Shown one piece after another: positions 9,717 to 25,437 of a stretch of DNA of 64,000 nucleotides (its first letter is position 1; each line of letters opens with the position of its first letter). A program made the translations under genes and the position numbers. The notes below the pieces were generated by a model, which was not told the origin of the DNA, made no database searches, and saw only the letters and a list, made by a program, of their open reading frames with translations. Origin of the DNA: Candidatus Eiseniibacteriota bacterium (GTDB lineage Bacteria; Eisenbacteria; RBG-16-71-46); assembly GCA_963776245.1 (NCBI GenBank), contig CAVZLN010000006.1, positions 736,001 through 800,000 on the forward strand. Direction: 5' to 3'.

Positions 9717-11080
9717 ATGACCTTCCGACCGCGTGAGACCCGCCTGTCTGCCGCTCGAGTGGCAGCCACTCTAGCACACGCCTCGGCGCTCGCCGTGGCG
9801 GTCCTCCTGGGCCTGCCGGCGACCGCGCCGGCCGCGGACTGGACCCTCCAACGCACGCTCGAGGCGGTGCGCGAACGGGACCCCGGGGTGCGGGCCGCGC
9901 GCGCCAGCGGGGACGCCGGCCGTGCCCAGGCCGCCCAGACCTGGGCCCTGCTCGCCCCGCACGTGACGCTCTCGAGCGGGTTCACCCGCAGCGACGACCC
10001 GGCGGTGCTGTTCTCGCAGAAGCTCTGGCAGGGACGCTTCACCCCCGCCGACTTCGCCATCGACCGGCTCAATCAACCCGCGCCACGGAGCGCGCTCCAG
10101 TGGGGGCTCACCGTGGATCAGCCGCTGTGGAACGGCGGTCGCGAGCTCACGGCGCCGGGTCTCGCCTCCCACTACCGCCGTGCGGCGTCCGGCATGGAGC
10201 GGGCGGCGGTCGCGGACCGGCTGTTGGATGCGGTCGCGGCCTACGTGGACGCGGTGGGGGCGCGCGAGGAGGTGCGCGCGGCCGAGCTCGGGCTCGGGGC
10301 CGCGGACGCGATGCGCGCCGCGGCGATCGAGCGCTTCCGCATGGGCCAGGTCGCCGAGCTCGACACCTTGCGCGCCGCGGCGCGCCATCAGGGGGCCCGC
10401 GTGCGGGCGCTCGGCGCGCGGCGCGGCCTCGCGGTGGCGCTCGACCGGCTCGCACGGCTGGTGCAGGCGCCGGTCGTGGCGGAGGATCTGATCGCGCCCG
10501 AGGTCGAGCCCGGGGGCGCACCCGCGGCACCGACCGCGCCGCGCCGGTGCGTGGCGAGCTGACCGCGGCACGCGAGAGCGCCACCGCGCAGGCCACCGAG
10601 TCGCGCACCGCCGCGCTGCGGCTGCTGCCCTCGCTCAACTCGCGCCTCGCGGTCACCGGGTACCGGCCGGCCGACACCGGGACCTTCGAACGCCGCTGGA
10701 TGGTGGCGCTCTCGGCCGACCTGCCGCTCTTCGACGGCGCCCAGCGCGTCAACGAGTGGCGTGCCGCCAGCGCCCGCGCGACCGCGGCGCGGGAGAGCGC
10801 GCGTGCCCTCGAGCGCGACCTCGCCGTCGGCCTCGATGCCGCGCGCGCCGAGGACGCCATCGCTCCCGAGCGCCGCGACGCGGCGCTCGCCGGCCGCGAC
10901 GCCGCCGAGGAGGCGCTGCGGCTCGCCGGGCTGCGCTACCGCGCCGGACTGCTTCCGCTCACCGAACTGCTGGCCGCCGACGCCGAGGCCGCCACCGCGC
11001 GCGCCGCGGCGATCGAGGCCTCGACCGCGGTGGTGCTCGCTCACTACCGACTGCTCCATGCCCAGGGAGACCTGCGATGA
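9717..11080 (+). CDS. TolC family outer membrane efflux protein (frameshift near 10545)
   Basis: Signal peptide; QPLWNGG and LPLFDG motifs; two OEP repeats (RFRMGQVAELD, RYRAGLLPLTELL). Confidence 0.85.
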
Positions 11081-12156
11081 CGAAGAGCCTGCTTCCCCGC
11101 GCCGCGCTGCTCGCGTTGCTCGCGGCGCTCGCCGCCGGGTGCGGCCACCGCACCTCCACGACCGCGGCCGCGGACGCCGGCCCTCCCGCCACGGTGACGG
11201 TGCTGCGCGCCGCAGCGGGCCGGGCGACGCGCTGGTGCTGCCCGCGCGCGTGACCGCCCGCGAGGAGGTCACGCTCACCGCGCGCCTGGCGGCGCGCCTG
11301 ACCGCGCTGCCGCTGCGCGAGGGCGACCACTTCCGCCGCGGACAGACGCTCGCCACGTTCGACGCGCCCGAGACCCGCGCCGCGCTCGAAGGCGCCCGCG
11401 CCGGTCTCGCCTCCGCGACCCTGGCCCGCGACCTCGCGCGGCGGCAGGAGGCGCGCATGGACTCGCTGTTCGCCGCGCGCGTCGCCGCGCAGCGCGAGCT
11501 GGAAGGCGCGCAGGCCGAACGCCGCGCCGCCGAGGCAGGCTGGGCGCAGGCACGCGCGCAGGTGGACCAGATGCAGAGCGGCGTGACGCTCGAGGCGCCG
11601 TTCGACGGCGTCGTGGTGCGCCGCCACGCCGATCCCGGCGGCACCGTGGGCCCCGGCCAGCCGCTGCTCGACCTGCGCTCGAGCGCGGTCGGCGAGATCG
11701 TCGTCGCGGTGCCGGAGTCCGAGCTGCCGCGCCTCGCCGCGCGGCGCGCCGAGGTCCAGTCGGCGATGGGCCCTGGCGACCCGCCACGCTCGCGCGCGTG
11801 GACGGCATGACCGACTTCACGACGCGCAGCCGCGTCGCGCGCTTCCGCCCGGTGGCGGGGCCCGCGCTCGAGGCTGGCGCGTTCGCACGCGTCCGGCTCG
11901 CCGCCACGGCGCCGGGGACCGGGGAGGGCAGTGACTCCGCACCCGGGCTCCTCAGCGTCCCTTCCCGCGCCCTCGTGCGCCGTGGCGGTCTCACCGGCGT
12001 GTTCGTCGCCGAGGACGGGCGTCGCACGGCTGCGCTGGCTGCGGTCGGCCGCGAGAGCGGCGGCGCGATCGAGGTGCTGGCCGGCCTCGACGCCCGGGAC
12101 GCCGTGATCCTCGAGCCCGCCGGCCTCAGCGACGGGCGCGCCGTGAAGGTGGGCTC

Positions 12157-12160
<4 letters not shown>
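11077..12160 (+). CDS. RND efflux periplasmic adaptor (MFP) lipoprotein (several frameshifts)
   Basis: LAAGC lipobox; EGDHFRRGQTL, helical hairpin, LEAPFDGVV, VPSRALV, IEVLAGLD; ATGA overlap with tolC. Confidence 0.85.
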
Positions 12161-15412
<3,252 letters not shown>

Positions 15413-15416
<4 letters not shown>

Positions 15417-15700
15417 AGATGCTCATGATGATGGCGGACGCGACGCGCATCGACATGGTGCGCAAGGACCTCGCATCGCTGGGCGCACCGGGCTACACGG
15501 TGATCCCGGTGGCCGAGGGCCGTGGCCGCACGGGGATCCACACCGCCGACCGCATCCACCCGGGTGCGCTGGCGATGGTACTGGTGTTCGACGAGGCTGC
15601 CAGCGCGGACCGTCTCTTCGACGAGATGGCGAAGCGGCGCGACGCGCACGGCGACCTGCTTTCGAGGCTGTTCCTGATACCGGTCGAACGTCAGGCCTGA
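15413..15700 (+). CDS. PII-like (DUF190/PG0541-type) transporter-associated protein
   Basis: 95 aa; GGAGG RBS and ATGA overlap with RND stop; GYTVIPVAEGRGRTG T-loop-like motif; ends RLFLIPVE. Confidence 0.7.
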
Positions 15701-15729
15701 GCCGCATCCGAACCGAAGGGGGGCATTCC

Positions 15730-15921
15730 ATGACCGTGAACCAGGCCCTGCGTGGGGTCGCGGGTTCGTTCGTCCTGATCTCGGTGGCGCTCGGCTACTG
15801 GGTCAACCCGTGGTTCTTCGCGTTCACCGCGTTCGTGGGCGCGAACCTGCTGCAGAGCGCGTTCTCGAAGTGGTGCCCGATGATGAGCATTCTGAAGGCC
15901 GCGGGGCTGAAGGCCGATTAG
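15730..15921 (+). CDS. DUF2892/YgaP-like membrane protein
   Basis: 63 aa; two TM helices; FVGANLLQSAFSKWCPM conserved Cys-Pro motif. Confidence 0.88.
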   Translation: MTVNQALRGVAGSFVLISVALGYWVNPWFFAFTAFVGANLLQSAFSKWCPMMSILKAAGLKAD

Positions 15922-15941
15922 GCCGTGAAGGTCCCGCGGCT

Positions 15942-16658
15942 TCAGCCCTCGGCGAGTCGGTAGCCCACGCCCGGCTCGGTGAGGAGCAGCGCGGGGCGCG
16001 AGGGGTCGCGCTCGAGCTTGTGGCGCAACTGGGCCATGTACACGCGCAGGTAGTGGTGCTGCGAGGTGTGGCTCGGCCCCCACACCTCACGCAGCAGGTG
16101 CTCGTGGGTGAGCACGCGGCCGGGGAACCTCGCGAGCGCGGCGAGCAGGCGGTACTCGATCGGTGTCAGCCGCACCTCCGCACCCTCGAGGGTCACCTGG
16201 CGGCGCGCGTGGTCGATGCGCAGAGGTCCGGCCTCGACCACGCTGTCGTCGGTGCCGGCGCGCGCGCGGGCACCGTGGCGCAGCGCGACGCGCATGCGCG
16301 CCAGCAGCTCGCCCATCGAGAACGGCTTGGTGACGTAGTCGTCGGCGCCGGCGTCGAGCGCGCGGATCTTGTCGCCCTCCTGCCCGCGCGCCGACAGCAC
16401 CAGGATCGGCACCGTCGACCACTCGCGCACGCGGCGCGTCACTTCGATCCCGTCGACGTCGGGCAGCCCCAGATCGAGCACGATCAGGTCGGGCTGGCGC
16501 ATCGCGGCCTGCGCGATGCCGTCGGCGCCGGTCGCGGACTCGACCAGCGCGAAGCCCTGGCTCGCCAGCGCCGCCCGCAGGAAGCGCCGGATCGGCTCGT
16601 CGTCCTCGATCACCAGCACCACCACCGGCGGACCGGCGACCGGCGCGTCCTCGCTCAT
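15942..16658 (-). CDS. kdpE: KdpE response regulator (OmpR family)
   Basis: VIEDD, DLIVLDLGLPD, GADDYVTKPF, LTPIEY, YLRVYMAQLRHKLE, TEPGVGYRL; downstream of kdpD. Confidence 0.93.
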   Translation of the reverse strand: MSEDAPVAGPPVVVLVIEDDEPIRRFLRAALASQGFALVESATGADGIAQAAMRQPDLIVLDLGLPDVDGIEVTRRVREWSTVPILVLSARGQEGDKIRALDAGADDYVTKPFSMGELLARMRVALRHGARARAGTDDSVVEAGPLRIDHARRQVTLEGAEVRLTPIEYRLLAALARFPGRVLTHEHLLREVWGPSHTSQHHYLRVYMAQLRHKLERDPSRPALLLTEPGVGYRLAEG

Positions 16659-19367
16659 GCGCCCTTCCCCGCCGCCCGGCTCGTCGCCGGCGGCCTCGGC
16701 CTCGACCTCGGGTGGATCGCCGCCGAGCGGCAGCTCGATCCGGAACAGCGCGCCGCCGCCCGACCGCGGCTGCGCGCTGATGCGGCCCTCGTGGGCCTCG
16801 ACGATGGCGCGCGCGATGGTGAGCCCCAGCCCGGCGCCGCGCCGCGGGCCGGCGCGACCGCCGCGGTAGAACTTCTCGAACACCCGCGCCTCCTCCCCCG
16901 GCGCCAGGCCCGGGCCGCGGTCGGCGATCTCCACCACCAGATGGTCGCCGTCGAGCCTGGCCTCGATCCCGATGGGGGCGGCGGCCGGCGAGTACTTGAC
17001 GGCGTTCTCGAGCAGGTTGGCGAGCGCCTGATCGAACAGCACGTCGTCGAGCGGCACCAGCGGCAGGGATCCCGGCAGGCGCACCGCCACCTCGCGGCCG
17101 GCGAGCACCGGGTCGAGGCGGCGCAGCACGGCGCCGAGCAGCTCCTCGAGCGAGTGCCACTCCTTGTGGACCTGGACCGCGCCCGACTCCAGCCGCGTGA
17201 TCTCGAGCAGATCGCCGACCAGGCGGCCGAGGCGGCCCGCCTCGTCGGCGATGGTGTCGAGCATCTCGCGCCGCGCCGGCGCCGGCAGGGTGGCGTCGTC
17301 GCGCAGGCTGGTGGCCGCGCCGGTGATGACGGTGAGCGGGGTGCGCAGGTCGTGCGACACCGAACTCAGCAGCGCGTTGCGCATCCGCTCGGTCTCGACG
17401 TCGACGCGCACGCGCTCGGCGTGGCGCGCCAGCTGGGCGCGCTCGAGCGCGACCGCGATCTGGTTGGTGAAGGTGAGCAGCAGCCGGTAGCGGTCGGGCG
17501 CGAACAGGTTGCGCGGCACGTCGGGACCGACGCCGAGCACTCCGAGCAGCCCGGCGGTGCCCTTGAGCGGCAGGTAGAGCCCGCGCGAGGCCGGCAGCGT
17601 CGGCGTGCCGGCGCCGGCGATCTGGCCCTGGTCGAACGTCCATTGGGCCACGCCCCGCTCGTGGCCGCCCTCGCTCTGCGGCAGCTCGCCCGCGGCCACC
17701 TCGAGGCGCCCCTCGGGCCCCGGCAGCAGGATGACCCCGCGCACCTCGAACACCTCCGCGATGCGGCGCAGCGCGGCGGCGAGCAGGTCGCGCGGCTCGC
17801 GCCCCGCCGACAGATCGCGGCTGAGCTGGAACAGCGCCGCGGCGCGCTGCTCGCGCTGGCGCGCCTGGACGACCTGTCCGCGCAGGCGCGAAGTCAGCGT
17901 GCCGATCAGCAGCCCGACCGCCAGCATCACACCGAAGGTCACCACGTATTGAGCGTCATCCACCTCGAAGGTGTTGCGCGGCGGCACGAAAGCGAAGTCG
18001 AACACCGCCACGCCGAGCACCGACGCCAGGATCGAGGGGCCGCGCCCGAACACCGTCGCCACCAGGGCCACGCCGAGCAGGTAGACCATGGCGAGGTTCG
18101 AGGGATCGAAGTGGCGCTGCATCACCCCCGCCAGCAGGGTGCAGACTGCCACCACCGCGACCGCCCCCAGCCACGCGTGCCAGGCCGGGCGCCGGCGGCC
18201 CGGGAGCCAGCGGCGCGGCCTCGCCCTCCTCGCCACGCAGCACGAACACGTCGAGATCGCGACCCGCTCGCATCAGCGCGGACGCCACCGAGCCGGTGAA
18301 GGGCTCCCGCCACGCGCCCCCGCGCGCGCGCCCCACCACGATCCGCGAGGCATTGCGGCGCCGCGCGAACGCCAGCACCTCGTCCACCACACGCACACCC
18401 TCGAGCATCGCGGTCTCGGCGCCGAGGTCCTCGGCGAAGCCCATGACGTCGACGATGCGGTCGCGGAACGCCTGGCCCTCGCGGAGCGCGGCCGGGGTCT
18501 CCACGTGGACCACGATCCACTCCGCCTTGAGCGCGGCGGCGACATGGCGCGCGGCGCGCACCAGCCGCAGCCCGCGCTCCGGGTCGCCCACCGCGACCAC
18601 CAGTCGCTCGCGCACCGTCCATGAGCCGGCGATGCCCTCGGCGCGGCGGTAGGACTCCATCTGGGCGTCGACGCGCTGCGCCGTGAGCCGCAGCGCCAGC
18701 TCGCGCAGCGCGATCAGGTTGCCCTTGCGGAAGAAGTTCTGCGCGGCGCGCTCGGCCTGCGCCGGCAGGTACACCTTGCCCTCGCGCAGCCGCTGGAGCA
18801 GGTCGTCGGGCGGCAGATCCACCAGCTCGATCTCGTCGGCGCGGTCGAGGATCGAGTCCGGCACGGTCTCGCGCTGGGTCACGCCGGTGATCTGCGCCAC
18901 CACGTCGACCACGCTCTCGACGTGCTGGACGTTGAGCGTGGTGGCGACGTCGATGCCGGCCTCGAGCAGCTCCTCGACGTCCTGCCAGCGCCGTCGATGG
19001 CGGGAGCCCGGGGCGTTGGTGTGCGCCAGCTCGTCGAGCACCAGCAGGCCGGGCCGTCGCGCCAGCGCCGCGTCGAGGTCGAACTCCTCGACGCGTGGTG
19101 CCGCGGTACTCGAGGGCGCGCCGCGGCAGCACCTCGAGTCCCTCGAGCAGCGCGGTCGTCTCGGCGCGGCCGTGGGTCTCGACCAGGCCGATCACGACGT
19201 CGGCGCCGGCGCGGCGCCGCTCGTGCGCTTCGACCAGCGTGGCGTAGGTCTTCCCCACGCCCGCCGAGGCGCCGAAGAAGATCTTGAGCTTGGCGCGGCG
19301 CGCGCGCTCGTCGGCGGTGCGCAGACGCTCGAGGAGCGTATCGGGATCGGGACGTGAGTCGGTTCAT
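16655..19367 (-). CDS. kdpD: KdpD sensor histidine kinase (frameshifts near 19350, 19095, 18200)
   Basis: KIFFGASAGVGKTY, DELAHTN, RWQDVEELL, TTLNVQHVES, USP domain, 4 TMs, GAF, SHDLRTPL, NLLENAVKYS, GAGLGL. Confidence 0.93.
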
Positions 19368-19463
19368 GCGGCCCCTCGTGGCGGAGAGCGGTTAGGCCGT
19401 CGACCGTGGCAGTCTAGCACGCTCCCGCGGACGCGACCGCGGACTCCCGTGCGCCGGATCGCA

Positions 19464-20828
19464 TCACATCTTGACGAGCATCGCCAGCGAGAGACGGTCC
19501 TCGGTCTTCACGAGATCGGGTGTCCAGCCGTCGACGCGCGAGCCCGGAGCGCCCTGGTTCCCGCCCGGAGGCGTGACGCCGCCGCGCCCGGAGAAGTACG
19601 GCACGTTCGCGGCGCGGTGGTTGTACTCGAGTCGGAAGGTGACGAACGGGCTCGGCATGCAGTCGGCGGTCACCTGCAGGTCCCACGCCCGGTACGGGTC
19701 GCCGGGGTTCGCGGTGAAGTAGGGCGTGCCCGAGAACGCGGTCGCGCCGTTGATCGGCGGCAGCAGCACCAGGTAGCGCCCCGGGTTGTCGATCGCGCCA
19801 CCGCCGACGGTGAGGCGCGTAGCGGTCGTGGTCGAACCAGAGCCGGTTGTACGCCATGAAGCCGAGGAAGTACTGCGACGACGCCGTCACGCCGCCGCCC
19901 GATCTCGCAGCCCGCGTCCACCGTGAGCGAGACCGCGGCCTTGCTCGACGAGTCCGGTCCGGATGGTCGTGGTACTTGCCCATGACGCTGTCGTCGGTGT
20001 GGAAGCGCCGGCGCTCCGGGTTCCCGAGCGTGTCGGTGCCGTAGTACTGGTTGCCGACGCACCGAGATCGAGCCGTTCGGGCGCCACAGGATCTGCACGC
20101 CACCGCCGGGCGCGTCGTTGAACCGGCCGTAGGACTGCCAGCCGTTCACCAGCCACGGCTCGATCTTGAGCTTGTCGGTCGGGAAGAACTGCACGCGCAT
20201 GCCGTTGAAGAACCACGGGCGTGTTCGACGACACGTACGACGGCTGGTAGGTCCAGTTGTCGGCGTTGTAGTAGCTCCAGAGCCCGATGTACGACATGAA
20301 GATGCCCGGCCTGGATGTTGATCGCCGTGCATCGCGTCGATGTGGTAGCCGCCGTAGGCCTCGGAGATGTAGCGGTAGGCGTCGTCGAGCCGCCACTGGC
20401 CGCGCCCCGGGCTGGCGTCGTTGCGCGGCGTCGTCATCGAGTACATGCCGAACTGGGTCATGACGCGACCCATGACGTTCTTGTAGAAGATGTCGCCGCC
20501 GATGCCGAGCTGGGTGACCTGGAACTCGCCGTGCCGGAAGACCTCGCTCGATCCCGAGATGGTGTTGTCCCTCGGGTTCGCGAAGCTGTAGTGGTAGACG
20601 TCGTCGAGCGCGGAACTCGCCGGTGAACGGCCCGGCGCGAGAGCGGACGCTCGCTGGCGCCGGCGTTGCCGGGCATCCACGAGAAGTCCGCGAATGCGAA
20701 TGGCGCGCTGGCGGCGGCCGGCGCCGCGGCGCTCGCGGAGGACGTCCGCGGCCGCGGCGCGCGCGCGTGTGGTGCGATCATGCGAACAGCAGGCACAGCA
20801 CGACCGGGATGACGGCACGACGCGACAT
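19464..20828 (-). CDS. Outer-membrane beta-barrel porin inside the kdp operon (BBP2/DUF1597-like; many frameshifts)
   Basis: GGAGG RBS; signal MSRRAVIPVVLCLLFA; fragments FADFSWMPGN, GRVMTQFGMY, EAYGGYH, GIFMSYIGLWSYY, PWLVNGWQSY, RLEYNHRAA, ...RLSLAMLVKM. Confidence 0.75.
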
Positions 20829-20895
20829 GGAGGTCCCTTTCGAGGCCGTCCGCTGCTGGCGGACGGCCTCCTGCTTCGATGGAGCGATGGCCGTG

Positions 20896-21487
20896 TCAGC
20901 GCGAGAGCGCGCTGGCCAGCGTCGAGCGCGAGGTTCAGGCGCAGCACGTTCACCCGCGGCTCGCCCAGCAGCGCCGAACTGCGGCGGCTCGGTGAAGCGC
21001 GCCACCAGCGCGCGCACGGCGTCCGGCGTCGAGCCCGCGCGCGCGCGCGACCCGCGGCCACCTGGTATGCGGCCGCCGCGGGGCTGATGTGGGGATCGAG
21101 CCCGCTCGCCGAGGTGGTCACCAGGTCGACCGGGACCGGCGCAGCGTTGGTCGGGTCCGCCGCGCGCAGCGCCGCGACGCGCGCGCGCACGGCCTCGATC
21201 AGGGCCGGGTTCAGCGGCCCCAGGTTCGATCCGCGTCGAGAGCGCGCGCGTCGTACGGCACCCGCGAGGTCGCCGACGGCCGGCCCCAGAAGTCGCCCGG
21301 GGCGTCGAACGACTGACCGATCAGCGCCGAGCCGCGCACCACACCGCCCTCGACGATCAGGCTGCCGCGCGTCTGGCGCGGGAACAGCAGCATGCGCCGA
21401 TCCGGTGACCACCAGCGGGTAGAGCACGCCGGTGACGAGGGTCAGCGCCACCAGCAGCGCGAGCGCGGGACGCAGTGCGAGACGCAC
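20896..21487 (-). CDS. kdpC: Potassium-transporting ATPase subunit C (frameshifted; 3' end approximate)
   Basis: N-terminal [68 protein letters not shown]. Confidence 0.9.
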
Positions 21488-21496
21488 GACAGCCTC

Positions 21497-23569
21497 CTAG
21501 GTGAGATGGAGCGCGACCAGCGCGAGGTCGATGAGCTTGATGCCCACGAACGGCGCGATCAGCCCGCCGACGCCGTAGATCAGCAGGTGCTGGCGCAGCA
21601 CGGTGGCGGCCCCGAGCGGCCGGTAGCGCACGCCGCGCAGCGCGAGCGGGATGAGCGCGATGATGATCAGGGCGTTGAAGATCACCGCCGACAGGATCGC
21701 GCTCTCGGGCGTGGCGAGGCGCATCACGTTGAGCGCCGCGAGCGGCGGATAGGTGGCCGCGAACGCCGCGGGCAGGATGGCGAAGTACTTCGCGACGTCG
21801 TTCGTGATGCTGAAGGTCGTGAGCGCGCCGCGGGTCATCAGCAGCTGCTTTCCGGTCTCGACGATCTCGATGAGCTTGGTCGGGTTCGAGTCGAGGTCGA
21901 CCATGTTGCCCGCCTCCTTGGCCGCCTGGGTGCCGCTGTTCATCGCCACCGCGACGTCGGCCTGCGCGAGCGCCGGCGCGTCGTTGGTGCCGTCGCCCGT
22001 CATCGCGACCAGCCGCCCGCCGGCCTGCTGCTCGCGGATGAGCTTGAGCTTGGCCTCGGGCGTGGCCTCGGCGAGGAAGTCGTCGACCCCGGCCTCGGCC
22101 GCGATGGCGGCGGCGGTGAGCGGGTTGTCGCCGGTGATCATCACGGTCTTGATGCCCATGTTGCGCAGTTGCTGGAAGCGCTCGCGGATGCCGCCCTTGA
22201 CGATGTCCTTGAGCTGGATCACGCCCAGCACGTGGGGGCCGTCCGCTACCACCAGCGGCGTGGCGCCCTCGCGCGCGACCCGCTCGACACCGGCGCGCAC
22301 CGCGGCCGGCAGCGTGCCTCCCTGCGCGCGCACGAACGCCTCGACCGCGTCGGCCGCGCCCTTGCGGACGCGTCGCCCGTCGAGGTCCACACCGCTCATG
22401 CGGGTATGCGCCGAGAACGGCACGAACACCGCGCCGAGCGCGTGCACGTCGCGCTCGCGCAGGCCGTGGCGCTCCTTGGCCAGCACCACGATGCTGCGTC
22501 CCTCGGGCGTCTCGTCCGCCAGCGAGGCGAGCTGGGCGGCGTCGGCGAGCGACTCGACGCTCACGCCCGCGGCGGGCAGGAACGCGGTCGCCTGGCGGTT
22601 GCCGAGCGTGATGGTGCCGGTCTTGTCGAGCAGGAGCACGTCCACGTCGCCCGCGGCCTCGACCGCCCGGCCCGACATCGCGATCACGTTCGCCTGGGTC
22701 ATGCGGTCCATGCCCGCGATCCCGATGGCCGAGAGCAGTCCGCCGATCGTGGTGGGGATCAGGCACACCAGCAGGGCGCTCAGCACCGTGACCGTGATCG
22801 GGGCGCCGGCGCCCGCGCTGTGCACCGCGTAGAGCGAGAACGGCAGCAGCGTGCCGGTAGCGAGCAGGAACACGATGGTGAGCGCCGCGAGCAGGATTGC
22901 CAGCGCGATCTCGTTCGGAGTCTTCTGGCGCTTGGCGCCCTCGACCATGGCGATCATGCGGTCGAGGAAGGTCTCGCCCGGCTCCGACGTGACCCGGATC
23001 ACGAGCCAGTCCGACAGCACTCGCGTGCCGCCGGTGACGGAACTGCGGTCGCCTCCGCTCTCGCGGATCACCGGCGCGCTCTCGCCGGTGATGGCGCTCT
23101 CGTCCACCGACGCCACACCGTCGATCACCTCACCATCCGAAGCGATCGTGTCGCCGGCGTGGGAGATGAACACGTCGCTCTTCTTGAGCGTGGTCGACGG
23201 GGCGACCGAGATCGAGAAGTGGTCCGCCGGGTCGCTCAACAGCTTCGCCATCACATGTCCGCGTGCCCGACGCAGTGCGTCAGCCTGCGCCTTGCCGCGT
23301 CCTTCCGCGATGGCCTCCGCGAAGTTCGCGAAGAACACCGTGAACCACAGCCACACCGCCACGCCCAGGATGAACGTCGCAGGCGCCTCGCCGTGGCCGC
23401 CGAGTGCCTGGATGCCGAGCACGGTGGTGAGCACCGAGGTCACGAGCACCACGAACATCACAGGATTTCGGATCTGGTGGCGCGGGTCGAGCTTGAGCAC
23501 CGCGTCGCGCAGCGCGCGGCGGATGATGGGCGGGTCGAACAGCGGGCGGGCACCGAGCCGGGCCGACAT
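21497..23569 (-). CDS. kdpB: Potassium-transporting ATPase subunit B (P-type ATPase)
   Basis: [31 protein letters not shown]. Confidence 0.97.
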   Translation of the reverse strand: MSARLGARPLFDPPIIRRALRDAVLKLDPRHQIRNPVMFVVLVTSVLTTVLGIQALGGHGEAPATFILGVAVWLWFTVFFANFAEAIAEGRGKAQADALRRARGHVMAKLLSDPADHFSISVAPSTTLKKSDVFISHAGDTIASDGEVIDGVASVDESAITGESAPVIRESGGDRSSVTGGTRVLSDWLVIRVTSEPGETFLDRMIAMVEGAKRQKTPNEIALAILLAALTIVFLLATGTLLPFSLYAVHSAGAGAPITVTVLSALLVCLIPTTIGGLLSAIGIAGMDRMTQANVIAMSGRAVEAAGDVDVLLLDKTGTITLGNRQATAFLPAAGVSVESLADAAQLASLADETPEGRSIVVLAKERHGLRERDVHALGAVFVPFSAHTRMSGVDLDGRRVRKGAADAVEAFVRAQGGTLPAAVRAGVERVAREGATPLVVADGPHVLGVIQLKDIVKGGIRERFQQLRNMGIKTVMITGDNPLTAAAIAAEAGVDDFLAEATPEAKLKLIREQQAGGRLVAMTGDGTNDAPALAQADVAVAMNSGTQAAKEAGNMVDLDSNPTKLIEIVETGKQLLMTRGALTTFSITNDVAKYFAILPAAFAATYPPLAALNVMRLATPESAILSAVIFNALIIIALIPLALRGVRYRPLGAATVLRQHLLIYGVGGLIAPFVGIKLIDLALVALHLT

Positions 23570-23592
23570 GATGGATTCCTCCTCGACGAGAC

Positions 23593-25341
23593 TCAGTGCG
23601 GTAGCGCGATCGCGCCGGTCTGCATCAGGTGCTCGACCACCGGGCCGAGCGCCAGGGCGGGGACGAATGTGAGCGCGCCGACGATGAGCACCACCGTGAT
23701 GAGCATGGCGACGAACAGCGGCGTGTGGGTGGGCAGCGTGCCGGGACCGGCCGGGACCCGCTTCTTGCGCGCGAGCGAGCCGGCCATCGCGAGCACCGGG
23801 ATGGCGAGCGCGTAGCGCGCGAAGAACATCGCCACCCCGAGCGCGAAGTTGTAGAAGGTCGTGTTCGCTCCCAGCCCGGCGAACGCACTGCCGTTGTTGT
23901 TGGACGCCGACGAGAACGCGTAGAGGATCTCGCTGAAGCCGTGCGCGCCGGGATTGCCGAGGGTCGCGACCCCGGACGGCACCGCCACCGCGAACGCGGT
24001 GCCGATCAGCACCAGTGCCGGCGGGATGAGGATGACCAGCGAGGCCATCTTCATCTCATAGGCCTCGATCTTCTTGCCGAGGTACTCGGGCGTGCGACCG
24101 ACCATGAGCCCGGCCATGAAGACCGTGACGAGGGCGAACACCAGCATGCCGTAGAGCCCGGAGCCCACCCCGCCATACACCACTTCGCCCAGTTGCATGA
24201 GGACCATGGGCACCAGCCCGCCCAGCGGCGTGAACGAGTCGTGCATGGCGTTGACCGAGCCGTTCGAGGCCGCGGTCGTGGCACTCGCCCACAGCACGGA
24301 GTTCACCACCCCGAGGCGCGCTTCCTTGCCTTCCATCGAGCCGCGCGCCAGCGACTGGTCGACACCGAGCGCGGCCAGGCCCGGGTTTCCGCGCGTCTCC
24401 GCCCACAGCCCGACCGCCAGCAGCGCCACGAACAACACCGTCATCGCGGCAAGCACCGCCCAGCCCTGACGCGGGTCGCCCACCATGCGTCCGAACGTGA
24501 GGCACAGCGCGGCCGCGATCACCAGGATGGCGAGCATCTCGAGCAGGTTCGAGAGCGGCGTCGGGTTCTCGAATGGGTGCGCGGAGTTCACGTTGTAGTA
24601 GCCGCCGCCGTTGGTCCCGAGCTGCTTGATGGCGATCTGCGAGGCCACCGGGCCGAGCGGGAGCGGCTGCGTGGCGACCACGTGGCCCGCCGCGTCGTGC
24701 ACCGGCCGCGCGAGTGCCGCGACCGGGTCCGGTCCGAATGTCTGCACCACGCCCTGCGACATCAGCGCGACCGCCAGCACCATGGACAGTGGCAGGAGCA
24801 CGTAAAGCGTCGAGCGCACCAGATCGACCCAGAAGTCGCCGACCGTCGCGGCGCCGCGACGCGCCAGGCCGCGGATGAACGCGGCCAGCACCGCGATGCC
24901 GGTCGCCGCCGAGACGAAGTTCTGCACCGCGAGGCCCAGCATCTGGGTGAGGCGGCTCATCGTCGCCTCGCCGGCGTAGCCCTGCCAGTTGGTGTTGGTC
25001 GCGAACGAGACCGCGGTGTTGAACGCCGAGCCCGGCTCGACCCCCGGCAGGTGCGCGGGGTTGAGCGGAAGCATGCCCTGCAACCGCTGGAGCAGGTAGA
25101 CCGCGAGCAGGCCCAGCACGTTGAACGCCAGCATCGCGAGCGTGTACTGCTTCCATGTCATCTCGCCCGCCGGGTCGACGCCCCCGAAGCGGTAGATCAG
25201 GCGCTCGAGCCCGCCGAGCACCGGCGTGAGGAACGTGCGCCGGCCTTCGAGAACGTTCGCGATGAATCCCCCGAGTGGGATTGCGAGCGCGATCAGCGCG
25301 GCCAGGAAGATCAGGACCTGGAGCAAGTCGTTCGGCTTCAT
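23593..25341 (-). CDS. kdpA: Potassium-transporting ATPase subunit A
   Basis: [52 protein letters not shown]. Confidence 0.97.
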   Translation of the reverse strand: MKPNDLLQVLIFLAALIALAIPLGGFIANVLEGRRTFLTPVLGGLERLIYRFGGVDPAGEMTWKQYTLAMLAFNVLGLLAVYLLQRLQGMLPLNPAHLPGVEPGSAFNTAVSFATNTNWQGYAGEATMSRLTQMLGLAVQNFVSAATGIAVLAAFIRGLARRGAATVGDFWVDLVRSTLYVLLPLSMVLAVALMSQGVVQTFGPDPVAALARPVHDAAGHVVATQPLPLGPVASQIAIKQLGTNGGGYYNVNSAHPFENPTPLSNLLEMLAILVIAAALCLTFGRMVGDPRQGWAVLAAMTVLFVALLAVGLWAETRGNPGLAALGVDQSLARGSMEGKEARLGVVNSVLWASATTAASNGSVNAMHDSFTPLGGLVPMVLMQLGEVVYGGVGSGLYGMLVFALVTVFMAGLMVGRTPEYLGKKIEAYEMKMASLVILIPPALVLIGTAFAVAVPSGVATLGNPGAHGFSEILYAFSSASNNNGSAFAGLGANTTFYNFALGVAMFFARYALAIPVLAMAGSLARKKRVPAGPGTLPTHTPLFVAMLITVVLIVGALTFVPALALGPVVEHLMQTGAIALPH

Positions 25342-25430
25342 CAGAAGCGCTCCGGTCGCAGCAGGGCGACCAACAGGTACGCCAGCAGCACGATCGCGAT
25401 CAGCAAGCCGACCAGGTGAAGTGTGGGCAT
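25341..25430 (-). CDS. kdpF: KdpF small subunit (29 aa, absent from the ORF track)
   Basis: MPTLHLVGLLIAIVLLAYLLVALLRPERF*; YL..AL.RPERF signature; GAGGA RBS; TGATG overlap with kdpA. Confidence 0.92.
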   Translation of the reverse strand: MPTLHLVGLLIAIVLLAYLLVALLRPERF

Positions 25431-25437
25431 CGATTCC

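Noticed and set aside
20778..20780. In-frame TGA after the porin signal peptide as a possible selenocysteine
   Set aside because: No redox motif context and it lies in the most indel-rich stretch; the protein continues in another frame
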